DNA of 64,000 nt from Alphaproteobacteria bacterium (GTDB lineage: Bacteria > Pseudomonadota > Alphaproteobacteria > Rhizobiales > JAJFHC01): the NCBI GenBank assembly GCA_021775805.1, contig JAJFHD010000017.1:3142-67141 (forward strand), read 5' to 3'. Within the stretch, counting starts at the first letter, position 1; each line of letters opens with the position of its first letter. Below, one piece after another: positions 1 to 10,387 of this stretch. Position numbers and translations under genes: made by a program. The notes below the pieces were generated by a model. The model ran no database searches, was not told the DNA's origin, and saw only the letters and a program-made list of their open reading frames with translations.

Positions 1-1
1 C

Positions 2-352
2 GTTCGTGCTGACGTGGTGTACCGGCTGCTGCCAGTCCGCTGGCAGGCACGGATCGATATCGTCCTGTATATTCTCTTCTTCTTTCCCGGCATGGTTGCA
101 TTGTTCTGGTTCGGCTGGGAGATCGCCTCAGATTCCTGGCGCTACAAGGAAGTCAGCTGGAACAGCCCGGCACGCATCCAGATCTACTTCTTCAAGACCC
201 TTATCCCGCTCGCCGGCGCGCTCCTCATCCTTCAGGGACTGTCGGAGTGTATGCGCTGCATTCTGGCGATGAAGACGGGCCGATGGCCGGAGCGGATGGA
301 GGATGCCAAGGAAACCGAAGACATTCTTGCTCAGCAGGCGAAAAACGCGTGA
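2..352 (+). CDS. dctQ: TRAP transporter small permease (DctQ family), 5' end cut by window edge
   Basis: The frame of ORF 14..352 stays open back to base 2. The hydrophobic DctQ-like C-terminal half (ADVVYRLLP..FFFPG..LIPLAGALLILQG) sits directly upstream of a DctM-type gene. Confidence 0.75.
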   Translation, partial: VRADVVYRLLPVRWQARIDIVLYILFFFPGMVALFWFGWEIASDSWRYKEVSWNSPARIQIYFFKTLIPLAGALLILQGLSECMRCILAMKTGRWPERMEDAKETEDILAQQAKNA

Positions 353-424
353 TACGCCTTAGCGACAGAATACGCCTGAACGCATCTCAACTATAAAGCC
401 CACCCGGCTGGAGCCCCTTTTAGG

Positions 425-1792
425 ATGACGAACCCCGAAGTAGCAATTCTGATGCTCTCCCTCTTCATCGTGCTGGTGATGCTGGGCTTTCCGGTGGCCT
501 TCACGCTTCTCGCGATGGGGGTAGGCTTTGGATATTACGCCTATTTTGAAGCTGGCAGTATCCAAGTAATTTCGGACGCATTCAGTAACAAGATTTTTTA
601 CCTCCTCAACCAGAACACTTATTCGGTGATGGAAAACGACACGCTTGTGGCGATTCCATTGTTCCTGTTCATGGGCTACGTGGTTGAGCGTGCCAACATC
701 GTTGGCCGACTGTTCAATGCTCTGCAAATGGCGGCGCACAATCTGCCCGGGTCGATGGCAATTGCAGCCTTGATAACTTGCGCTGTGTTCTCGACTGCCA
801 GCGGGATCGTCGGTGCGGTGGTGACCCTCATGGGACTGCTTGCGTTCCCGGCCATGGCAAAAGCCAACTACGACAAGGAATTTGCCTCCGGGGTGATTTG
901 CGCCGGTGGCACCCTGGGGATCCTGATCCCGCCATCGATCATGCTGATCGTCTATGCCGCGATTGCCGACCTCTCGCCTTTGCGCCTCTACGCGGCGGCA
1001 GTCATTCCAGGCTTCATGCTTGCTGGTCTTTACATCGTTTACGTGATCGTGCGGGTTCTCATCAAACCCTCGATCGCGCCCAAACCCCGGGAAGAGGACA
1101 TTCCGCCCAAAAGTGTGATCTACACGCAGTTGCTGACGTCTTTTGTGCCCCTGACGCTGCTGATCATGCTGGTTCTGGGGTCCATTCTTGGTGGCCTGGC
1201 AACACCGGCGGAAGCCGCCGCCATGGGCGCGCTGGGGTCTCTGGTGTTGGCATTTGTCTACCGTTCGATCTCCTGGACGATGTTGAAGCAGTCGGTCTAC
1301 CTGACGGCGAAAGCAACGGCCATGGTCTGCTGGCTGTTCGTCGGTTCCTGGACGTTTGCTTCCGTGTTCTCCTATCTCGGCGGTCACGAGATCATCGAAC
1401 ACTTCATCCTGTCGTTCGAACTGGCGCCTTGGCAGTTCCTTGTCCTCGTGCAGTTGATCATCTTCCTGCTGGGCTGGCCGCTGGAATGGTCGGAGATCCT
1501 GATCATTTTCGTGCCCATCTTCCTGCCGATGCTGGATAACTTTGGCGTCAATCCCTATTTCTTTGCGATGCTGGTGGCCCTCAACCTTCAGACCTCGTTC
1601 CTGACGCCGCCGATGGCCATGTCGGCGTATTATCTGAAAGGGGTGCTGGGGTCAGCGATCGAACTTGTCCAGATTTTCAGAGGGCTGATGCCCTACCTGT
1701 TTATCGTCATATTCTGCATGGTCATGATGTATCAGTTCCCCGGAATTGCTCTGTGGCTCCCCGATACCCTGTTCGGACCCTACATTCCATAA
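425..1792 (+). CDS. dctM: TRAP transporter large permease (DctM family)
   Basis: 455-aa polytopic membrane ORF with typical DctM length and composition. ATG at 425; follows dctQ. Confidence 0.9.
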   Translation: MTNPEVAILMLSLFIVLVMLGFPVAFTLLAMGVGFGYYAYFEAGSIQVISDAFSNKIFYLLNQNTYSVMENDTLVAIPLFLFMGYVVERANIVGRLFNALQMAAHNLPGSMAIAALITCAVFSTASGIVGAVVTLMGLLAFPAMAKANYDKEFASGVICAGGTLGILIPPSIMLIVYAAIADLSPLRLYAAAVIPGFMLAGLYIVYVIVRVLIKPSIAPKPREEDIPPKSVIYTQLLTSFVPLTLLIMLVLGSILGGLATPAEAAAMGALGSLVLAFVYRSISWTMLKQSVYLTAKATAMVCWLFVGSWTFASVFSYLGGHEIIEHFILSFELAPWQFLVLVQLIIFLLGWPLEWSEILIIFVPIFLPMLDNFGVNPYFFAMLVALNLQTSFLTPPMAMSAYYLKGVLGSAIELVQIFRGLMPYLFIVIFCMVMMYQFPGIALWLPDTLFGPYIP

Positions 1793-1831
1793 TGTCGGCC
1801 CGCGCGGCCGGTCCGGGCAAAGAAAGGACTT

Positions 1832-2029
1832 ATGATGGCTGAAAAGATTGGCGGCTTGGTCGGCTCCCTTCTGGTGGCGGTGTTTGTGCTGGGACTGGCG
1901 GAAAGCATTACATCGGGGTTTGCCGGATTCTGGGGCGGCTTACCGTTCTGGGTCATCAGCATTATCGTGCTGGCGCTGGTCTTCTACGACTTCTGGAACT
2001 CCTGCCTGCGCAAGAACTCATCCGACTGA
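1832..2029 (+). CDS. small two-TM membrane protein, hypothetical
   Basis: 65-aa ORF with two hydrophobic helices and an AAAGGA-type RBS a few nt upstream. Located right after dctM. Confidence 0.45.
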   Translation: MMAEKIGGLVGSLLVAVFVLGLAESITSGFAGFWGGLPFWVISIIVLALVFYDFWNSCLRKNSSD

Positions 2030-2064
2030 CGCCTCAACAGGCAATACAAGAAGAGACCGATAAC

Positions 2065-3396
2065 ATGGATCTGGCAGACTTAGGTGCCGCGCAGCTTGCG
2101 CGCATGATTCACGGCGGCGAGATTACTTCCGCTGAACTGGTCGAAGCGTGCCTTGCCCGGATAGATGCCAGGGACGAAGCCGTTAAGGCCTGGACTCACC
2201 TCGATCCGGAATATGCGCGCAAACAGGCGGCCAACCGGGATACATACCGCGCCACCGGGGCGCCCTGTGGCCCACTGCACGGCATTCCCGTCGGGATCAA
2301 GGATATATTCGATACAGACGATCTCCCGACGGAGAACGGCTCGATCCTGGATGCCGGTCGACAGCCCAACAAGGACTGCACGGTAGTCAGCTTGCTCAGG
2401 AGCGCCGGCGCCGTGATCATGGGCAAATCCGTGACCACCGAGTTTGCCGTGTACTCACCAGGCAAGACCCGCAACCCGCACGACCCGGGGCGGACACCAG
2501 GCGGTTCTTCCAGCGGCTCCGCGGCAGCAGTTGCATCCGGTATGGTGCCGCTCGCCCTGGGCTCGCAGACCAACGGTTCCGTAATCCGGCCCGCATCGTT
2601 CTGCGGTGTCGTCGGCTTTAAGCCCAGCCATGGCCGGATATCAAGGGCCGGCGTTCTCTCCCTGTCGCGGACGCTCGACCATGTGGGCGTCTTCGCCCGC
2701 TCCCTGGAAGATGCCGCGTTGATCAGCGACTGCCTGATCAGCCATGACCCGGCTGATCCGGACACCCGGCCAGCCGCGGCACCGCGAATGCAGGAAATTG
2801 CTACGCAGGAACCTCCAGCGGAACCCAGGTTTGCTTTCATCAAGACTCCGGTCTGGGAACATGCCGAAGCCGAAACACAGGCAGCTTTCGAAGAACTGAG
2901 CGATTTTCTGGGGGATCACTGCGACGCTGTGCCGACTCCACCGGAGTTTGACCGCGCTGTGGAAAACCTCACGAGCATCATGTGTCCCGACCTCGCCCGG
3001 TCTCTGTCGGGTTACATGAACCGTGGTGAGGCCCAGATCAGCGACAGGCTGCGCGGCATGATCGAAGACGGCAAAAAGATAACTGCCGTCGACTACAACA
3101 CCTGTGTTGATCAGATTGGCCCGCTCAGGGCATGGATCGGCAGCCTGTGCGACGACTACGATGCCATCCTGACGCCTGCGGCGTGCGGCGAGGCACCTCT
3201 GGGGCTTGAGGCAACCGGCGACCCGATTTTCTGTTCGACATGGACCTATCTCGGTGTGCCCGCTGTCAGCCTTCCGCTGATGGAAGGGCCGAACGGCATG
3301 CCGCTTGGCGTGCAGCTTGTCGGCCCCCGTGGCGACGACGCACGGCTGCTGCGGACGTCGCGCTGGCTGGCAGCGAAAGTTGCCGACGCATCCTGA
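2065..3396 (+). CDS. amidase (amidase-signature family)
   Basis: 443 aa with the GGSSSGSAAAVA signature and a conserved Ser-cisSer-Lys context (KDIFDT, GSQTNGSVIRPA). Confidence 0.9.
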   Translation: MDLADLGAAQLARMIHGGEITSAELVEACLARIDARDEAVKAWTHLDPEYARKQAANRDTYRATGAPCGPLHGIPVGIKDIFDTDDLPTENGSILDAGRQPNKDCTVVSLLRSAGAVIMGKSVTTEFAVYSPGKTRNPHDPGRTPGGSSSGSAAAVASGMVPLALGSQTNGSVIRPASFCGVVGFKPSHGRISRAGVLSLSRTLDHVGVFARSLEDAALISDCLISHDPADPDTRPAAAPRMQEIATQEPPAEPRFAFIKTPVWEHAEAETQAAFEELSDFLGDHCDAVPTPPEFDRAVENLTSIMCPDLARSLSGYMNRGEAQISDRLRGMIEDGKKITAVDYNTCVDQIGPLRAWIGSLCDDYDAILTPAACGEAPLGLEATGDPIFCSTWTYLGVPAVSLPLMEGPNGMPLGVQLVGPRGDDARLLRTSRWLAAKVADAS

Positions 3397-3508
3397 GCCG
3401 TCATCATTCTGTCGAATTTGCGACCACGAAATTTGATCACAATTGCCGGCCCAGCTACAGTTGGCATGACCGCCAATCTTGTTGAATGCGAAACGCAGGA
3501 GCAAACCA

Positions 3509-4054
3509 ATGCTACTCGACGGCCCTATCTGTGATTTCGGCTGGAAAGCGCCGGCCTTCACCCTCTGCGACCCGGACGGACGGCAATACAGCTCCGATGA
3601 TGCGATGGGCGAGAACGGCCTGCTGGTTGCCTTCATCTGCAATCACTGCCCTTACGTACACGCCATAATCGAACGGCTGGTCGCCGATGCAAAGACGCTG
3701 CAAGATGACGGCTTCGGCGTTCTCGCGGTAATGTCGAACGATTACAGGAAGGTGCCTGCCGACAGCCCGCCGGAGATGAAGCGATTCGCGCATAAGCACA
3801 GCTTCACGTTTCCCTATCTGATCGACGAGGACCAGAGCGTCGGCAAAGCGTATGGCGCGGTCTGCACGCCTGATTTTTTCGGTTTCAGCAACAAGGGCGA
3901 ATTGCAGTACCGTGGCAGACTCGATGACGCCAAAATGGGCGTTGCCTCGAACCGCACCCCTGAATTGTTAGAGGCGATGCGGCTCGTTTCAACGGCAGGC
4001 TGCGGCCCGGAGCACCAGATTCCCTCCATGGGTTGCTCGATCAAGTGGCGATAG
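3509..4054 (+). CDS. thioredoxin-fold / AhpC-TSA-like redoxin
   Basis: FICNHCPYV redox motif. ATG at 3509 preceded by AGGAG. The track start at 3479 is a TTG and less likely. Confidence 0.75.
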   Translation: MLLDGPICDFGWKAPAFTLCDPDGRQYSSDDAMGENGLLVAFICNHCPYVHAIIERLVADAKTLQDDGFGVLAVMSNDYRKVPADSPPEMKRFAHKHSFTFPYLIDEDQSVGKAYGAVCTPDFFGFSNKGELQYRGRLDDAKMGVASNRTPELLEAMRLVSTAGCGPEHQIPSMGCSIKWR

Positions 4055-4068
4055 CCGTGTAGGCAACC

Positions 4069-5190
4069 ATGGTGAAACCCATGAACATCACGAAAATCAA
4101 AACCTATCTGGTCGGTGCCACTGCATCTTTGGATGGTTGGACAGACATCAAGCCCCTTCTGTTCGTCAAAATCGAAACCGACGCCGGTCTTCACGGCTGG
4201 GGCGAAGCCTACGTTCTGGAGGGACGCGAACGCGCAATCGAGCAGATTGTTTTCCTGCTCGCCCAGGGCCTGACGGACCGGGAGGCTCCCGGCCCCCGCG
4301 CCTTCCGACGCCATACCGCTTTCCGTATCGCCGACAAGCGCAACAGTTTTGACTTCCATTGCGCGTCGAGCGCGTTGGAACTGGCCTTGTGGGATCTCGA
4401 GGGCAAACGGCTGGGAGCGCCTGTCTATCAACTTCTGGGTGGTGCCATCAGGCCGGAGATCCCACTCTACGCCAACACGTGGAGCGACCGGTCGCCCTCA
4501 CTTCAGCAAATGGTGGATCGTGCGGTCCGGTTGAAACAGGACGGATTCTCGGCGGTAAAGATCTACCCGATGGAGTTCTCCCGGCTCGATGAATCGGAAG
4601 ACTTCGTCGCCCGTGTCCGGGAGGCGGTCGGCCCGGATACTGACATCATGATCGACATGAACGTGATGGACGATCCGCACGTGGCGTTGGAGGCCGCACG
4701 GCGTTTTGAACCCCATCACCCGTTCTGGTTTGAAGAGCCGGTTACTTCAGATGACCTCGAGACCCTGAGCTACGTCCGTTCCAGAGTGACCATGCGGGTG
4801 GTTTCGGGGGAGCGTCACAGCGGCAAGTACAAGTTCAGGGAAATGCTGGAACGCCGCGTGACCGATGTGCTCAACCCGGACATTGCCGGGTGCGGCGGCA
4901 TTCTTGAGCTTCTCGAGATCGCCGCCATGGCGGAGACCTTTTCCGTGGCCGTCTCGCCGCACAACTACAACAGCACAACGGTTGCCATGGCGGCGATGCT
5001 CCATGTATCCGCTCTCATCCCAAACCTGCTCATGGCGGAATTGTATCCAAGCTATGTGGACCTCGGCCGGCAGTTCGCACAGTGCAGTTTCGAGATTACA
5101 GATGGCTCTGCAACACTGCCCGGGTCTCCTGGCCTGGGTGTGGAAGTAGACGAAGAGGCGTTGCTTCAATTCTCCGGCAAAACCGCCTGA
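4069..5190 (+). CDS. enolase-superfamily enzyme (mandelate racemase / muconate lactonizing / sugar-acid dehydratase type)
   Basis: 373 aa. N-terminal capping domain (KIETDAGLHGWGEA) and a barrel with DMN..EEP..metal-ligand spacing. Confidence 0.85.
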   Translation: MVKPMNITKIKTYLVGATASLDGWTDIKPLLFVKIETDAGLHGWGEAYVLEGRERAIEQIVFLLAQGLTDREAPGPRAFRRHTAFRIADKRNSFDFHCASSALELALWDLEGKRLGAPVYQLLGGAIRPEIPLYANTWSDRSPSLQQMVDRAVRLKQDGFSAVKIYPMEFSRLDESEDFVARVREAVGPDTDIMIDMNVMDDPHVALEAARRFEPHHPFWFEEPVTSDDLETLSYVRSRVTMRVVSGERHSGKYKFREMLERRVTDVLNPDIAGCGGILELLEIAAMAETFSVAVSPHNYNSTTVAMAAMLHVSALIPNLLMAELYPSYVDLGRQFAQCSFEITDGSATLPGSPGLGVEVDEEALLQFSGKTA

Positions 5191-5375
5191 CCAGCGCCGA
5201 ATTTGGCGACATGCCCGTCAATCTTTCACCGCTGAGATACTTTCTGCGTCAAAATCGGCGCATAACACTTTGATAAGAAGCTATTATTTTTTTTGACGCA
5301 GATTTCACGACCCCGCCGTTTCATTGACGCGGCGTGACGACCATATCCGCCAAGTCCAAACTGACGGAGAAATTC

Positions 5376-6335
5376 ATGAACACCCCCAAATACAGAAACA
5401 ACCTGCCGCAACTGAGCGGCAAACCTTTTGTCACCGACGGCGGTCTGGAGACCACCCTCATTTTTCATGACGGATTCGACCTGCCGCTGTTCGCAGCCTT
5501 TCCCCTGATCGACGACGAAACCGGCCGCATCGCGATCGACCTTTACTTGCGCCGTTATTGCGATGTCGCCCTGGCCGACGCCAAAGGCTTCATTCTCGAC
5601 ACGCCCACCTGGCGTGCCAGCAGCCGCTGGGCAAGCGAACTCGGCTACACTCAGGCCGACCTCAAGGCGTTCCATTTCAAGGCCGTCGAGTCTCTCTTCT
5701 CTCTGAGGCAAGAGTTGGAGACCGATGCCTCCCCGTTCGTCATCAACGGCGCCATCGGACCGCAGGACGACGGCTACAACCCGGATACCTTCATGTCGGT
5801 CGACCAGGCGCAAGCCTATCACAGCCACCAGATCGGCTGGTTCACGGAACTGGGAGCCGACATGGTCTCGGCGATTACAATGACATATGTGGAAGAGGCC
5901 CTCGGTGTCGCTCACGCGGCGAACGAGGCCGGCATTCCGGCGGTGATATCGTTTACGGTTGAAACCGACGGCCGCCTGCCGTCCGGTCAGCCTCTTGGAT
6001 CAGCGATCGAACAGGTTGAGACGGAAACCGGCGGATCGCCCGCCTACTACATGATCAACTGTGCCCATCCCGACCATTTCACGCAGGTGTTGCGTGACGG
6101 CGGCACCTGGCGCAGCCGCATCATGGGCCTCAGGGCTAATGCGTCGCGCATGAGCCACGAGGAACTGGACAACGCCGAAGTGCTCGATGACGGCAACCCG
6201 GCCGAACTGGGCGACCAGTACAGGTCCCTGATGGCGTACCTGCCCAACCTCGTGGTCATGGGCGGATGCTGCGGCACCGACCACCGGCACGTGCATGCCA
6301 TCAGCGGCGCCTGCAGTTACGCGAAGGCTGCATAA
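5376..6335 (+). CDS. homocysteine S-methyltransferase family protein
   Basis: TDGGLETTL N-terminus and C-terminal zinc-site GGCCGT motif. ATG at 5376 with a GGAGA RBS; the track start at 5334 is a GTG. Confidence 0.85.
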   Translation: MNTPKYRNNLPQLSGKPFVTDGGLETTLIFHDGFDLPLFAAFPLIDDETGRIAIDLYLRRYCDVALADAKGFILDTPTWRASSRWASELGYTQADLKAFHFKAVESLFSLRQELETDASPFVINGAIGPQDDGYNPDTFMSVDQAQAYHSHQIGWFTELGADMVSAITMTYVEEALGVAHAANEAGIPAVISFTVETDGRLPSGQPLGSAIEQVETETGGSPAYYMINCAHPDHFTQVLRDGGTWRSRIMGLRANASRMSHEELDNAEVLDDGNPAELGDQYRSLMAYLPNLVVMGGCCGTDHRHVHAISGACSYAKAA

Positions 6336-6344
6336 GACATTGCC

Positions 6345-6388
6345 TTGCTGCGCCGGTATCGGAGTACCGGCGCAGCAACCTTGTCTTG
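6345..6388 (+). terminator. stem-loop terminator candidate after the methyltransferase gene
   Basis: Perfect 14-bp stem TTGCTGCGCCGGTA/TACCGGCGCAGCAA with a 6-nt loop, followed by CCTTGTCTTG. The T tract is weak. Confidence 0.55.
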
Positions 6389-6419
6389 AATTCAAAATCC
6401 GTACGGCAGAAAGTATTCA

Positions 6420-6965
6420 ATGCACGAAAGACCAAGCTTCGTGACCAGGCTTGCCACGCCCAACGATCTGGCCGCTGTCTCCGGGCTTATGGATCTGGCA
6501 ATCCGGAAACTGCAGGCGCCATTCCTGAGCAAAATCCAGATCGAGTCGTCTTTCGACATCATGGGGCTAGACGGTCAACTGGTCGAAGACGGGACGTACT
6601 TTCTGGTCGAAGAATGCGGGACGCCCATAGGGTGCGGCGGCTGGAGCCGCCGCGCGACGCTTTACGGCGGCAGCCACTCCGCCAACCGGGATGCCTCCCT
6701 GCTCGATCCCCGCAAGGATGCCGCCCGGATCCGGGCCATGTATACCCATCCCGACCATGCCCGGCGCGGTGTCGGGCGGATGATCCTGAGAACCTGCGAA
6801 GACGCCGCCCGGTCGGAAGGCTTTGGTCGCGCCGAGCTTGTCGCGACTCTGTCAGGCGAACCGTTGTACCGGGCCTGTGGCTATGTCCTGATGGAAGAAT
6901 CGATGGCCGAAACCCGATCCGGACCCTCGATCCCCGTGCGCCTCATGGGCAAGGACCTGACGTGA
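6420..6965 (+). CDS. GNAT family N-acetyltransferase
   Basis: 181 aa with an acetyl-CoA binding motif (HPDHARRGVGRMIL = Q/RxxGxG/A type). Confidence 0.85.
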   Translation: MHERPSFVTRLATPNDLAAVSGLMDLAIRKLQAPFLSKIQIESSFDIMGLDGQLVEDGTYFLVEECGTPIGCGGWSRRATLYGGSHSANRDASLLDPRKDAARIRAMYTHPDHARRGVGRMILRTCEDAARSEGFGRAELVATLSGEPLYRACGYVLMEESMAETRSGPSIPVRLMGKDLT

Positions 6966-6978
6966 CCGGATTTCGTTC

Positions 6979-7740
6979 CTATTGCCGCACGCGAAAATCG
7001 TTTTTGCCCGACCGGTCGATGCCGCGCATCAGGTAGACCGTCCGCACGGAATGATCCGTGATGCCGATACGGTTGTGCATCTCGTGGGCCTTGTCGCGGT
7101 CGAATACGGATGTGGTCGGCATGAAACGCAAGGTCATGCCGCGCCTCGGCCGGCCGGAATTGTTGGCTTCGGAACCGTGCAGGAGATAGATGTCGTGCAG
7201 GGAAATCTGGCCGGCCTCTAGCTCCAGATCGACGGCCTGATCCTCGTCGTATTCCTCGGGCATGAGCTCCTGATTGAGCGTGACGTCGGCTGCCTCAACA
7301 GTACGGTGACGTTTGAGCTGACGGTCCTTGTGCGACCCCCGGATCACGCGCAGGCAACCGTTTTCAGGTGTGGCGTCGTCCACGGCAATCCACACCGTAC
7401 AAGTCGCCAGCGGCCGGATCGGCCAGTACTCGCCATCCTGGTGCCAGGGCGTGCGCATGCCGCCACCTGCCGGTTTGGCAAAGAAGCTTGAATTCCACAG
7501 GGCAAAATCCGGTCCGATCACCTGTTCGACCATGTCCAGAATTTCGGGGTTTCGGGCGTAATTCAGAAACCCGGTGTCATAAGCCAGCAGCGAGGGACAA
7601 TAGTTGTCGAACTCGGGATGGCGCGCGAGCAAGCGGTCGTGGCAGGACCGGATATCCGACAACACATCCTGGGATAACCGAAAGTCAGGAATGACAAAGC
7701 CATCCTCATGGTATTGAGCCACTTCTGCGGCATTCAGCAT
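6979..7740 (-). CDS. phytanoyl-CoA dioxygenase (PhyH) family Fe(II)/2OG oxygenase
   Basis: PhyH-like N-terminus (MLNAAEVAQYHEDGFVIPDF), HQD facial-triad context (PWHQDGEYW) and a distal H (LLHGSEAN). ATG at 7740 preferred over the longer track start. Confidence 0.85.
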   Translation of the reverse strand: MLNAAEVAQYHEDGFVIPDFRLSQDVLSDIRSCHDRLLARHPEFDNYCPSLLAYDTGFLNYARNPEILDMVEQVIGPDFALWNSSFFAKPAGGGMRTPWHQDGEYWPIRPLATCTVWIAVDDATPENGCLRVIRGSHKDRQLKRHRTVEAADVTLNQELMPEEYDEDQAVDLELEAGQISLHDIYLLHGSEANNSGRPRRGMTLRFMPTTSVFDRDKAHEMHNRIGITDHSVRTVYLMRGIDRSGKNDFRVRQ

Positions 7741-7964
7741 TAGAACGATCTCCCGTGTGCGTCGGGCAGCCATCGCAAAAATAGCGCCCTCAGCAGTTCG
7801 ACAATTTGACTGGCGGTAAATTATCAAAGGCCAAGCTCTACCGCCAGCGTTTCAAATGACGTGGCATCCTACAGTTTCGCGAGGGTGCCCTATGGTTAAC
7901 GAGGTGTTAATCGAATCGTCGGTTACTGTGCCAAACACTCACGCACCCGGGACTCTTTTGCCGT

Positions 7965-9653
7965 ATGTCACTCAATCAAACATCCTCATCGCCGCAGCCC
8001 GTCAGCCGCAAGGAACGCCGCAGACTCCAGAAACTCGCCGGCAAATCGCAGCGAGACGTGCGGTCGCGGCAGATCCCTGCAACGCCCGTGCAGGCGCTAC
8101 TGGATCGAGGTGTGGCATGTCTGACCGGCGGTCAACTTGAACAGGCACAGGCCGCATTCCGGAAGGTTCTGTCCCTCGAGCCCCAAAACCACGACGCCCA
8201 TCTGGCACTTGCCGAGATCCTCAAACACCACGGCCGCATGCAGGATGCCTACGAACACTACAAATGCGCTGTGGAATCGAAGCCGGGAAATTTTGAGGCC
8301 TGGCGCCAGTTCGGTCACTGCCTGATGGCCCTCAAGCACCATGCCGCTGCCCAGATTGCCTACGCAAACGCCGCCGAATTGCGCCCCGGTGAGGCTAAGC
8401 TTCATTTCTATGTTGGCCAGTCCTGCAGTGTCCAGCAGGCGACGGACGCGGCGATTTCAGCATTCGATCGTGCCATCGACCTCAGGCCGGACTTTGCTGA
8501 AGCCCATTATGAGAAAGGCAATCAGTTGCAGGTTCTGGGCAAATTCGATGACGCCCACGCCTGCTACGACGAGGCTCTGCGGATAGACCCGAAACTCGAC
8601 GATGCCCTGTTCCGCGTGGTGCTCGGACGCGGGCCGGTGCAGGATGACGGCGCCTTGATAACACGGCTAAAGTCTATAGCGGATGCCTCGGACAGGACGC
8701 CGCAGAACCGCGCGACTGCCGGTTTTACGGTTGGCGACCTGCTGCGGCGGCAAGAACAGTATTCCGAGGCCTTCGGCTGTTACGAAAAAGCAAATGCCGA
8801 GTTGCGCTCTATCGCCGGTTTCGACCGCTCCCACCTGGTCCGGATCGTGGGCGACCTGATTGACGGGTTCAACTCGCAGACGTTCCGGAAGCAGACGGGT
8901 GCCGGATCCCAATGCGCCAGCCCTGTTTTCATCGTCGGGATGCCGAGATCGGGATCGACTCTGGTCGAGAGGATTCTGTCAAGCCACCCGCGTGTCGACA
9001 GCGTCGGCGAATTCCCGGGCATGGCCGATATCGCTGCGGTCTTGTGGACCGAAGAGAAGGGCCAACTGAGCTATCCCCGTGATGCACGCCTGATCGGCCA
9101 GGGGGCCCTGGCTGAAATGGCCCAGGGCTATCTTGGCCGTGTTTCCGAACGACACAGGTCGGGCGCCGATAAGGTCTGTGACAAGTATCTGTTCAATTTT
9201 TTCAATCTGGGCCTGATCGCCCTGCTTTTTCCAAGGGCAACCGTCATTCACTGCAGGCGGGACCCGATGGACCTGGGCCTGTCGTGTTTCATGCAGAATT
9301 TCAGCGACACCAAAGGCCTTGCCTTCACCAACAGTCTCGAGGACATCGGGTTCTACTACCGGCATTACCGAAGGCTGATGCAACACTGGAACGACGTTCT
9401 GCCGATTTCCGTACTGGACGTCGACTACGAAGCCCTGGTTGCAGACCAGAACGACGTGAGCCGGGAGATCGTTGCCTTTGCCGGTCTCGACTGGGATGAC
9501 CGGTGCCTTCGGTTTCACGAAGCAGCCGGCGGTGTCAAAACCGCCAGTGTCTGGCAGGTCCGCCAACCGGTCTACGGCACGTCAAGCGGCCGATGGAAGC
9601 GCTACGCGCGCCATCTCGAGCCTCTGCAAAAGACACTTATGACAGACGCCTGA
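7965..9653 (+). CDS. TPR-repeat protein fused to a sulfotransferase domain
   Basis: N-terminal TPRs (AHLALAEI.., AEAHYEKGNQL..) followed by a PAPS 5'-PSB motif (VGMPRSGSTLVERIL) and a downstream RRDPMD 3'-PB-like motif. Confidence 0.85.
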   Translation: MSLNQTSSSPQPVSRKERRRLQKLAGKSQRDVRSRQIPATPVQALLDRGVACLTGGQLEQAQAAFRKVLSLEPQNHDAHLALAEILKHHGRMQDAYEHYKCAVESKPGNFEAWRQFGHCLMALKHHAAAQIAYANAAELRPGEAKLHFYVGQSCSVQQATDAAISAFDRAIDLRPDFAEAHYEKGNQLQVLGKFDDAHACYDEALRIDPKLDDALFRVVLGRGPVQDDGALITRLKSIADASDRTPQNRATAGFTVGDLLRRQEQYSEAFGCYEKANAELRSIAGFDRSHLVRIVGDLIDGFNSQTFRKQTGAGSQCASPVFIVGMPRSGSTLVERILSSHPRVDSVGEFPGMADIAAVLWTEEKGQLSYPRDARLIGQGALAEMAQGYLGRVSERHRSGADKVCDKYLFNFFNLGLIALLFPRATVIHCRRDPMDLGLSCFMQNFSDTKGLAFTNSLEDIGFYYRHYRRLMQHWNDVLPISVLDVDYEALVADQNDVSREIVAFAGLDWDDRCLRFHEAAGGVKTASVWQVRQPVYGTSSGRWKRYARHLEPLQKTLMTDA

Positions 9654-9696
9654 ACATGCCGGTATCGGATCCCGCAGCCCGGGAGTACTTCGGCAG

Positions 9697-10110
9697 TCAG
9701 TCTGAAATCACGACCTTGGGCCCCTCCCGCTTCGGCAAGTCGTCCGAGATATTGAGCCAGGAGAGCTTTTCCTCGTAGGCCACATGCAGTTGCGGTTCAA
9801 ATCGTTCAGGCTCCTCCATGGCGGCGACGTAAAAATGCATGAGGCCAGTCATGTTTTCCGATCGGAACGACAGCGGCGTACCGCAGTTTTCACAGAAGGT
9901 CCGTTCCACACCTGGAGAGGACCGGTAGACTTTGGGCGCGGCTCCCGTCCATTTCCACTGGGTGTCCGGCACGCCTATGTAGGTGGTCATCGGTGCCGAA
10001 CACTGCCGCCGGCAACTCTCGCAGTGGCAAGTGACGGACCATCGGATGGGCGTTAAGATTTCGAAGCTGACCGCCTTGCAAAAACATCTGCCGTGGCATG
10101 TTTCGGTCAT
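9697..10110 (-). CDS. GFA (glutathione-dependent formaldehyde-activating enzyme-like) family zinc protein
   Basis: Cys pattern CxC...CHCxxC...CxxCG. ATG at 10110 (MTETCHGRCFC). The longer track ORF upstream looks non-coding. Confidence 0.8.
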   Translation of the reverse strand: MTETCHGRCFCKAVSFEILTPIRWSVTCHCESCRRQCSAPMTTYIGVPDTQWKWTGAAPKVYRSSPGVERTFCENCGTPLSFRSENMTGLMHFYVAAMEEPERFEPQLHVAYEEKLSWLNISDDLPKREGPKVVISD

Positions 10111-10387
10111 GAAGCTCTCCCGCTTAGATAGACGAATTCGTTCTTTGGCATTCTTTCCTGATTTGCAGCAAGACCGATTGTTGTGGTCGACTGATTCAAC
10201 GTGCCTCCTGACTGACTGCTGTAGTCCTGGAACAGCAGCTTTCGGATGTACTTCTGCTATGTTTGAAAGGTGCGCGCCACGTGTCAAATGTACCAGAAAG
10301 CGACAATCGTCCACTGTACAGCAAACTTTGGTAGCGAGCCCAAGGTTACAGTTGGCTCATCGGAGCAGGACTGCGTTTTCGAATGAA

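Noticed and set aside
359-1402. 347-aa ORF antisense to dctM
   Set aside because: It fully overlaps a recognisable DctM permease. Its Arg/His/Gly/Pro-rich composition is typical of off-frame translation of high-GC DNA.
5191-5375. Possible SAM-type riboswitch upstream of the homocysteine S-methyltransferase (AT-rich leader with the inverted repeat CTGCGTCAAAA...TTTTGACGCAG and a T8 run)
   Set aside because: I could not find the conserved SAM-II/SAM-V core strings or a matching pseudoknot partner for AAGCT. It needs an Rfam cmscan and is not reportable as a riboswitch from inspection.
10320-10387. tRNA-like or att-like fragment at the left side of the low-GC patch (..GGTAGCGAGCCCAAGGTTACAG..TTCGAATG..)
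   Set aside because: No cloverleaf can be drawn and there is no matching direct repeat at the other edge. The similarity to a T-arm is only a pentamer.
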